Part shown: piece by piece, positions 25,504-32,000 of the stretch | Layout: every line of letters begins with the position of its first letter | Position numbering within the stretch: the stretch's first letter is position 1 | Assembly (NCBI RefSeq): GCF_900105015.1 | Contig: NZ_FNLK01000015.1 | Span: forward strand, 30,001 to 62,000 | Reading direction: 5' to 3' | Source: Schaalia meyeri | GTDB taxonomy: Bacteria; Actinomycetota; Actinomycetes; Actinomycetales; Actinomycetaceae | DNA: 32,000 nt | The notes under the pieces: model-generated | Databases searched by the model: none | Seen by the model: the letters and a program-made list of their open reading frames with translations, nothing else | What the model was told of the DNA's origin: nothing | Made by a program: the position numbers and the translations under genes

Positions 25504-26951
25504 ACGCTCAGATTCGCAAGATTTTCGTCATCGTACTGCTCATGTTCTCCCTGCTGGGCATGGGAATCACGAACACGCAGTTTATTTCCGCGTCCGCACT
25601 GAACGGCGACCCACGAAACCAGCGCGCGATCCTGCACGCGGCCGAAACAGACCGCGGGCCCATCATCGTTGACAAGACGGCGATTGCGGTCTCCGAGCGC
25701 GACGGCGACTCGAAACGCTACGTGCGCTCCTACACCAATGGGCCCCTGTACGCACCGGTCACGGGGTACTTCTCGTCGGTCGGAAACGCATCGACGGGCC
25801 TGGAGGCCGCCGAAGAGGACGTCTTGGACGGCCAGTCGCAGACCCTGCTGGGCCAGCGGGTCCGCAACCTCCTGACGGGCCAGAACCGGCAGGGCGGCGG
25901 CGTGGAGCTGACGCTGAACGCCGCCATGCAAAAGGCAGCGGCCGATGCGCTCGGCGACCGCAAGGGCGCCGTCGTCGCGCTGGACGCGACAACGGGAGCG
26001 ATCCTGGCCATGTATTCGTCGCCCACGTACGACCCGAATCAGCTGGCCTCCTCCGACGCGACCTCGGTCACGGACGCGTTCTCTGCCCTGTCCTCCGACC
26101 CGGACAACCCCCTGCTGAACCGCGCGACCTCCGAGCGCTACGCGCCGGGTTCGACGTTCAAGATCCTCACCACAATCGCCATGATCGAAAACGGCGTCGC
26201 GTCCCCAGAAACGCGCCTGGCCTCGCCCGTATCAACGACCCTGCCGGGCACGAACACCGAGGTTTCCAACATCGAATCCTCGAGGTGCGGCGACGGTAAC
26301 CCGACCCTGGCCGAGGCCTTTGCGCGTTCGTGTAACACGACGTTCGTCCTGGCCTCCCAGCAGCTGACGAACCAGCAGCTCACGGACGTGACGAACCGCT
26401 TTGGTTTCGGCCGCGAAACGCAGGTCCCGCTGCCGGTGACGCCCTCCGTGTTCCCCACGGGCACGGACCCCGCGCAGCTGGCGATGAGCTCGATCGGCCA
26501 ATACACGGTCCAGACGACGCCCCTGCAGATGGCGCAGGTCGCTCAGACCATCGCGAACGGCGGCCATATGATGAGCCCGCACCTCATCGCTTCGATCGTG
26601 GACGCGGACAACCAGGTGGTGCGCACGACCAGCCCGACGGACGCGGGACGCCCGATTTCGGCGGAGACGGCCTCGAAACTGACATCCATGATGGAAGGCG
26701 TCGTCTCCCAGCCCTACGGCACCGGCACGACGATGGCCCTGCCGAACGTGCCGGTCGCCGCAAAGACCGGCACTGCAGAGACCGGCAACGGCAACCGCGC
26801 GAACGCGTGGGCCGTCGGCTTCGCCCCGGCCAATAAGCCGCAGATCGCCTTCGCCGTCCTGGTCGAGGGCGACGACAACACCCCCACCCCGCACGGCGGA
26901 AAAGTGGCCGGACCGATTGCTCGGGCCGTCCTGGAAGCGGGGCTAAAGTGA
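25500..26951 (+). CDS. pbpA: class B penicillin-binding protein
   Basis: GTGA overlap with rodA and an N-terminal TM anchor. Transpeptidase motifs are STFK, SCN and KTGTAE. Confidence 0.93.
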   Translation: MNAQIRKIFVIVLLMFSLLGMGITNTQFISASALNGDPRNQRAILHAAETDRGPIIVDKTAIAVSERDGDSKRYVRSYTNGPLYAPVTGYFSSVGNASTGLEAAEEDVLDGQSQTLLGQRVRNLLTGQNRQGGGVELTLNAAMQKAAADALGDRKGAVVALDATTGAILAMYSSPTYDPNQLASSDATSVTDAFSALSSDPDNPLLNRATSERYAPGSTFKILTTIAMIENGVASPETRLASPVSTTLPGTNTEVSNIESSRCGDGNPTLAEAFARSCNTTFVLASQQLTNQQLTDVTNRFGFGRETQVPLPVTPSVFPTGTDPAQLAMSSIGQYTVQTTPLQMAQVAQTIANGGHMMSPHLIASIVDADNQVVRTTSPTDAGRPISAETASKLTSMMEGVVSQPYGTGTTMALPNVPVAAKTGTAETGNGNRANAWAVGFAPANKPQIAFAVLVEGDDNTPTPHGGKVAGPIARAVLEAGLK

Positions 26952-29251
26952 GCTCACCACGCATGACTTCCGGCGCCGGGCGGGTACTCGGTGGGCGCTA
27001 CACGCTGCTCACCCCGATCGCCCAGGGCGGCATGGGCGAGGTGTGGAAAGCCCGTGATCGGGTCAGCGGGCACATCGTCGCGGCGAAGGTCTTGCGTCCC
27101 GAACTGACGGGCGAAGAGCTGTCGCTGTCGCGTCTGCGCCTCGAAGCCCGCAATTCGATGGCTATTTCGCACCCGAACATCGCCAACACGCAGGATTCCG
27201 GTCAAGAAGAGGGCATCGGCTGGATCATCATGGAGCTGGTCGACGGCTATCCGCTGACGGATTACCTGCGCGGCGGATCCCGCATCGAACCGGAATACCT
27301 GATGCCGATCCTCGTGCAGGTCGCGATGGCACTGGGGGCCGCGGCCCGCGCGGGCGTCGTCCACCGCGACATCAAGCCCGCGAACATTCTGGTCCGCCCC
27401 GACGGCATGGTCAAGCTCACGGATTTTGGCATCTCGCGCGCGAAGGGTCAGGTCAACTTGACGGCCGCGGGCATGGTCATGGGCACCGCCCAGTACCTGC
27501 CGCCCGAGCAGGCCATGGGTGAAATCGCCACGCCCATCGGTGACCTGTACGCCCTGGGCGTCATCGCCTACGAGGCCGCAGCCGGGCGCCGCCCCTTCAC
27601 CGGCGAGACTCAGGTGGATATCGCTTTCTCACACGTCAACGACCCTGTGCCGTCCCTGCCGGATTTCGTGCCCGCGCCGCTGGCCGACGTGATCCTGCAC
27701 CTGCTGGAAAAGGACCCCGCGAAGCGGCCCGAGTCCGGTTCAGCCGCCGTCCGCGAGATCGCCAGCGCCGCCAAGGCCATGGGCATTTCCGTCACCCCAC
27801 GCCCCCTGCCCCTCCCAAAGTCCGCACAGCACCCCACCGAAATACGCACGCCCGTGCAACCCTCCGTGCCGATCGTCGCTCCCGTTCGTCACCTGACGCG
27901 CCGCACACTGCCCGACGAAATGCTGCAACCCCCGTCCGGCCTGACCCCCAAGGTGCGCTCGGTCTCGGGCCGCCACGCGATGCCCGTCCTGGACGAGGCG
28001 ACGACGATCGCCCCCTCCTCCGCGCCAATCCCAACCACGGGCCGTCACGCCTCAGCTCCGCGCGTCCTTGACGAGGCCGAGGTTTCCCCTGCCCCACGCC
28101 CGGCACCCGCGCCCGCGCCTGCGCGAGTTCGCCGTCTCCACCCCGAGACGGGCGAGCACGCGGCACCCGTTTCGGGCACGGTCCGCTCCCTCACCTCGAC
28201 CGGCCGCCACGCGGCCGCTGCACCGGCGGCTTCGGCAGCCGCGTCGGCGTCCCTCACGGGGGCCCCGGTCCCGGTGCGCTCCGCCGCCTCCGCGGGGGCG
28301 GCGATGATCGCGGGGGCAGCGGCTTCTCCCAAATCAGCCGACCGCCCGCAGGGGCCGGCCTCTCCCGCACGGGCAACGACCACCCCCGCGGGGGAGCCCA
28401 CGGCCGACCGCCCGCAGGGGCCGACGCCTCGAAGCAACGCACGGGCCTCGCACCCCGCTCCCAGTCCAACGCCTCCGACAAAGCACGCCCCCTCCCAGTC
28501 GTCCGCTGGCCCCTCCCGTTCCGCCGCCGACCCCTCCAGCTCTGCTGCCGCGCCGGAGGACCGACGGGCCGCCCTGGCCGAGCGCCTGCGCCAGCGCGCC
28601 GAACACCGCCAGGCCGAGGACGTCGCCGAGGAGCAACGCCGCGCACGGGTCGCCCGCGAGGAGGAACAGCGCAAACGCGAGCTGCGCGAGACCCGCAAGC
28701 GCCGCGAAGCCGAACAGGCCCAGCGTCAGCACGCCCAATCAGGTCCCCAGCGCTTCCCCCATCCCGCCCCCGGCCAGGACGGCCGTCGCAAAAAGGAGTC
28801 CACGGCCTCGTCTACGCCGCGCTCACCCTCACCCGCGCCGCGGTCAGCCTCGTCATCGTCACGCTCAGCATCGAGTTCAACGCACCGGGTGTACGGCACC
28901 GTGCCCCAGCCTCGTACAAAGAAACCCTCCACGCGGCCGCGCCGCTCCGTCTACGAGCCGCAACCGGAAAAGACGTCGCGGGGGCCGCGCTGGCACGAGC
29001 TTGACGCCCGAACGGCACAGCACACGCGCCCGCCGACGAAAACAGCGTACTCACGCAGCGCCGTCGCCCCACCCGTCCCAGTATCCAGGCATATTATCCG
29101 CGCGGTTGTCGCCGCAATCATCGTGATTGCGCTGATTGCGCTCTTAGCTATTACGATCAGACACATGCTTGGCTCCCTGATACATCCAAGTGCGGGGGCA
29201 CACATTATCGAGGAGGTTAGGACATGGCAGAGCCCATGGCCCACCGTCTAG
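26948..29251 (+). CDS. pknA: Ser/Thr protein kinase PknA-like with very long disordered juxtamembrane region
   Basis: GTGA overlap with pbpA (alternative ATG at 26963). Kinase motifs are GGMGEVWKA, HRDIKPANILV, DFGISR and PPEQ. About 430 low-complexity residues follow, then a single TM (IIRAVVAAIIVIALIALLAITI) and a ~30-aa tail. Confidence 0.88.
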   Translation: MSSPRMTSGAGRVLGGRYTLLTPIAQGGMGEVWKARDRVSGHIVAAKVLRPELTGEELSLSRLRLEARNSMAISHPNIANTQDSGQEEGIGWIIMELVDGYPLTDYLRGGSRIEPEYLMPILVQVAMALGAAARAGVVHRDIKPANILVRPDGMVKLTDFGISRAKGQVNLTAAGMVMGTAQYLPPEQAMGEIATPIGDLYALGVIAYEAAAGRRPFTGETQVDIAFSHVNDPVPSLPDFVPAPLADVILHLLEKDPAKRPESGSAAVREIASAAKAMGISVTPRPLPLPKSAQHPTEIRTPVQPSVPIVAPVRHLTRRTLPDEMLQPPSGLTPKVRSVSGRHAMPVLDEATTIAPSSAPIPTTGRHASAPRVLDEAEVSPAPRPAPAPAPARVRRLHPETGEHAAPVSGTVRSLTSTGRHAAAAPAASAAASASLTGAPVPVRSAASAGAAMIAGAAASPKSADRPQGPASPARATTTPAGEPTADRPQGPTPRSNARASHPAPSPTPPTKHAPSQSSAGPSRSAADPSSSAAAPEDRRAALAERLRQRAEHRQAEDVAEEQRRARVAREEEQRKRELRETRKRREAEQAQRQHAQSGPQRFPHPAPGQDGRRKKESTASSTPRSPSPAPRSASSSSRSASSSTHRVYGTVPQPRTKKPSTRPRRSVYEPQPEKTSRGPRWHELDARTAQHTRPPTKTAYSRSAVAPPVPVSRHIIRAVVAAIIVIALIALLAITIRHMLGSLIHPSAGAHIIEEVRTWQSPWPTV

Positions 29252-31236
29252 CTGGCCGATACGAGGTCCGTTCGCTCATCGGGCGCGGCGGAATGGCCGA
29301 GGTCCACCTGGGCTTCGACACTCGCCTGTCGCGCGTCGTCGCAATCAAGATGCTGCGGCGTGACCTGGCGCAGGACTCGATTTTCCAGGCGCGCTTCCGC
29401 CGCGAGGCGCAGTCAGCGGCGTCGTTGAATCACCCGAACATCGTCGCCGTCTACGACACGGGCGAAGAGATCGTCGAAGACGCGGTCCGTCGCTCAGTCG
29501 CCGTGCCCTACATCGTCATGGAGTATGTCGAGGGGCACACGGTTAAGGAACTCATCTCCGATGGCACGGCCGTTCCGATCAACGAGGCCGTCGAGATCGT
29601 GTCGGGCGTCCTGTCCGCCCTGGAGTATTCGCACGCGAACCATCTGGTGCACCGGGACATCAAGCCGGGCAATATCATGCTGACCTCGGACGGCAAGATC
29701 AAGGTCATGGACTTTGGCATCGCCCGGGCCCTGACGGACTCGCAGGCCACGATGACGCAGACGAACGCCGTCGTGGGCACCGCACAGTACCTGTCCCCCG
29801 AGCAGGCGCGCGGCGAGACCGTGGACGCCCGCTCGGACCTGTATTCGACGGGTGTCGTCCTCTTTGAACTGCTGACGGGGCGCCCGCCCTTCAAGGGCGA
29901 TTCCGCGGTCGCCGTCGCGTATCAGCACGTTGAGCAGATCCCGCCCACCCCCTCGTCAATCCTGTCCGATATCCCCGACCCCCTGGATCGCGTGGTGCTC
30001 AAGGCCCTGGCGAAAAACCGCGAGGATCGCTATCTCAGCGCCGCGGCGATGCTCTCGGACCTGCAGTGCGTGGCCCACGGACTGGACGTGGGTGCCCCGT
30101 CCGCCGACTCGTGGGCGACCCAGGTACTGCCCGCTCCGGGATTGGCGGGCGCGCAGACGGCTGCGACCACACCCCTGTCAGCGATTGGCGCGCATGAGGG
30201 CGCCCCAGCGATGGCCGCGACCTCCACGTCGCTTCCCCCCGTCGATCCCCAACAGGACGCGGCCAAGGAGGCCAGCAAGGCCCGTAAACGCCGCACCGCG
30301 ATCATTGTGTCCCTCGTCGTGATCGCCCTGCTCCTGATCGGCGGGTCCGTGTGGGCGCTGACGCGCCGCGCCGCGACCCCTGAAACCCTCGCGGTTCCCA
30401 ACGTCGTGGGCCTCAGCCAGGCGAACGCGAAGGAACAGATCGAGGCAGCCGGATTCACGTGGGAGCTCAACCCCGACAAGATCGCCTCCGACACGGTCGA
30501 GGAGGGTTCCGTTGCTTCGACAGACCCCGCCGCGGGCACGCAGGCCGAAAAGGGCGCAACCGTGCGCGTCACGATCTCTTCCGGACCCGACTCAGTGACT
30601 CTGCCGTCGAACCTGGTGGGCATGAGCCCCGACGACGCCCGCAAGGCCGTCGAGGCCCTGGGCCTGAAGTGGGAGCTTGACGCCAACAGGATTGCATCCA
30701 ACAGCGTCCCAGAGGGCAAGGTCGCGCAAACCAACCCCTCCCCCGGCTCCAAAGTCAAGGCCGGTCAGACCATCCGCGCCAACCTGTCCTCCGGCTCCGA
30801 TCAGGTTGAGGTCCCCGACCTTGAGGGTATGAGCCAGGACCAGGCCAGGAGCGCGCTGAAGGCCGTCGGCCTGGAGCTGGGCAACGTGACGAGCGTCGAT
30901 TCGGACAAGGAAAAGGATCGGATCGTTTCCCAGGATCCTTCCACCGGCACGAAGGTCAAGAAGGGCACCCGGGTTGGTGTGTCTGTCTCGAACGGCAAGA
31001 GCGCCCAGGTTGAGATCCCGACTGTTGTCGGAATCGGCAGCGAGGATGCTCAAGCGAAGCTGAAGGCCCTGGGCCTGAAGGTGACCGTCGAGGAAGTCGC
31101 CGACAATCAGCCGGCCGGACAGGTCCTGTCCGTCGAACCCGGCGAAGGCTCGAAGGTTGAGAAGAACTCGACCGTGAAGCTGAAGGTCTCCAAGGGGCCT
31201 CAGGGCGGCAACAACAACGGGAACAAAAAGAAGTGA
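29224..31236 (+). CDS. pknB: Ser/Thr protein kinase PknB with four PASTA domains
   Basis: GAGGAGG RBS. Kinase motifs are HRDIKPGNIML and DFGIAR, followed by a TM helix (AIIVSLVVIALLLIGGSVWAL). Four ~65-aa PASTA repeats start at VPNVVGLS, LPSNLVGMS, VPDLEGMS and IPTVVGIG. It overlaps pknA by 28 nt. Confidence 0.93.
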   Translation: MAEPMAHRLAGRYEVRSLIGRGGMAEVHLGFDTRLSRVVAIKMLRRDLAQDSIFQARFRREAQSAASLNHPNIVAVYDTGEEIVEDAVRRSVAVPYIVMEYVEGHTVKELISDGTAVPINEAVEIVSGVLSALEYSHANHLVHRDIKPGNIMLTSDGKIKVMDFGIARALTDSQATMTQTNAVVGTAQYLSPEQARGETVDARSDLYSTGVVLFELLTGRPPFKGDSAVAVAYQHVEQIPPTPSSILSDIPDPLDRVVLKALAKNREDRYLSAAAMLSDLQCVAHGLDVGAPSADSWATQVLPAPGLAGAQTAATTPLSAIGAHEGAPAMAATSTSLPPVDPQQDAAKEASKARKRRTAIIVSLVVIALLLIGGSVWALTRRAATPETLAVPNVVGLSQANAKEQIEAAGFTWELNPDKIASDTVEEGSVASTDPAAGTQAEKGATVRVTISSGPDSVTLPSNLVGMSPDDARKAVEALGLKWELDANRIASNSVPEGKVAQTNPSPGSKVKAGQTIRANLSSGSDQVEVPDLEGMSQDQARSALKAVGLELGNVTSVDSDKEKDRIVSQDPSTGTKVKKGTRVGVSVSNGKSAQVEIPTVVGIGSEDAQAKLKALGLKVTVEEVADNQPAGQVLSVEPGEGSKVEKNSTVKLKVSKGPQGGNNNGNKKK

Positions 31237-31282
31237 CGCCCCGCAGGATAAGCCCCGCGCAGGGTAAGTGAGGCCGCGTACC

Positions 31283-31419
31283 TGGATAGGAAATTGCTTC
31301 GTGGATAGGAAACAATCATCTGGATAGGTTATGAGCTTCTGGATAGGTTAATAAGCTATCCACGAGCGCATAACCTATCCAGAAACGCACTTCCTATCCA
31401 GCAGCGCGTTTCCTATCCA
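31283..31419. repeat. dyad-symmetric array of eight TGGATAGG sites with exact 19-bp phasing
   Basis: Forward copies start at 31283, 31302, 31321 and 31340. Inverted copies (CCTATCCA; one is GCTATCCA) start at 31355, 31374, 31393 and 31412. The symmetry centre is at 31351. The two outer sites on each arm extend as GGAA(A/G), and the two inner sites as G(G/C)TTA. The spacers between motifs are not conserved between arms. Confidence 0.9.
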
Positions 31420-31505
31420 CGAACCAGCGTAGGAGGCCCGCCCGCATCGTTCCTTTATTAACGAGGCCAGGTTCTCTTTCGCGGCCCGTTTCCCGCGCGG
31501 GCAGG

Positions 31506-31664
31506 TCAGGCACCGCCCACGGAGTCTCCGAGCTCCAGGTATGACTGGACCCAGGGGTAGACCCAGGTGAAGAGCGCGGCGACGGCCGCGCCGATAAGGA
31601 TCAGGAATTCGATGGCTTTCAGCCAGGTGGGCCCGGGGAGGTGGCGGAAGATCCATGCGTACAT
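31506..31664 (-). CDS. safA: small sortase-associated membrane protein (SafA-like)
   Basis: Trimmed to the ATG at 31662-31664, preceded by GAAAGG. 52 aa with one TM helix (AIEFLILIGAAVAALFTWV) followed by YPW, resembling the FPW motif reported for Actinomyces SafA. It lies immediately downstream of the class E sortase, as described for that family. Confidence 0.6.
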   Translation of the reverse strand: MYAWIFRHLPGPTWLKAIEFLILIGAAVAALFTWVYPWVQSYLELGDSVGGA

Positions 31665-31674
31665 GAGGGGCCTT

Positions 31675-32000
31675 TCAGTTCGTAGGTTCGTCAACGAGCT
31701 CGGCGGGGACGCCCGTGTCCTTCGGGGTCCATGATTCGAACTTGAGGTGGACGATGAACCGCTGCCAGTTGCCGTATTCGGGGTGGCAGGTGGTCATGGT
31801 CATCCAGCGTTCGGTGGGGGTTTCGGACCACGAAACGTCGTCGATGACGGGGGCGACGACGCGCATCTGCGTGGGGTCGGTGGCGTCGATGATCTCGGAG
31901 GAAACCATGGAGTACACCAGGTAGTGGTCGTCAACCTCCACGACGACCTTGTCGCCCTGGGTGAGTCGATCGATCCAGCGGAAGTTGTTGCCGTAGGTGC
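31675..32000 (-). CDS. srtA: class E (housekeeping) sortase, C-terminal part; the N-terminus lies beyond the window
   Basis: The reading frame is open to the window edge (..TYGNNFRWIDRLTQGDKVVVEVDDHYLVY..). The catalytic Cys context is MTTCHP, and the gene ends at the stop 31675-31677. Confidence 0.85.
   Translation of the reverse strand, partial: TYGNNFRWIDRLTQGDKVVVEVDDHYLVYSMVSSEIIDATDPTQMRVVAPVIDDVSWSETPTERWMTMTTCHPEYGNWQRFIVHLKFESWTPKDTGVPAELVDEPTN

Noticed and set aside
31283-31419. Possible CRISPR array, or a simple rho-independent bidirectional terminator.
   Set aside because: The conserved units are only 8-12 nt, with 7-nt spacers in a 4+4 inverted layout, and there are no cas genes, so it is not CRISPR. 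The arms are complementary only at the motifs and there is no U-tract, so a stable terminator hairpin is unlikely to be the main function. Termination cannot be fully excluded.

Overview
High-GC actinobacterial chromosome segment with no integrase, transposase, CRISPR, rRNA or tRNA that I can see. The gene content and the housekeeping sortase plus small-membrane-protein pair at the 3' end suggest an Actinomyces-like organism.

Most of the window is core. It holds a class Ib ribonucleotide reductase split into nrdH-nrdI-nrdE (minus strand, 2044-5064) and nrdF (plus strand, 20257-21219). It also holds the conserved actinobacterial division and signalling operon fhaA-fhaB-pstP-rodA-pbpA-pknA-pknB (21636-31236), whose genes are chained by start/stop overlaps. 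The srtA-safA-like pair converges on it from the right.

Between these lie a GtrA-like protein, a patatin-like lipase, oligopeptidase B, an RNase HI fusion protein, an OmpR-type two-component system, a lipoprotein/OmpA-like pair and a prolyl aminopeptidase.

Features not explained by ordinary annotation:
1. A strictly phased, dyad-symmetric array of eight TGGATAGG sites in the convergent pknB/safA spacer (31283-31419).
2. A minus-strand cluster of a classical AAA+ ATPase with a TPR/MIT-like N-domain, flanked by a TPR-anchored polytopic membrane protein and another membrane protein (16018-19281).
3. Three tandem paralogs of a small Pro/Gln/Tyr-rich two-TM protein (145-1863), one carrying near-identical in-frame 30-nt repeats.
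4. An uncharacterised 98-aa ORF with strong codon bias and a long repeat-bearing leader upstream of nrdF.
5. A gene-free region of about 670 nt upstream of nrdH, with one convincing promoter-overlapping NrdR-box pair and a second, distal, phased set of similar boxes.

Many long ORFs in the track are antisense artefacts of high GC content. Several track ORFs were trimmed to internal starts supported by RBS and homology logic. All family assignments come from motifs read by eye; no database search was run.
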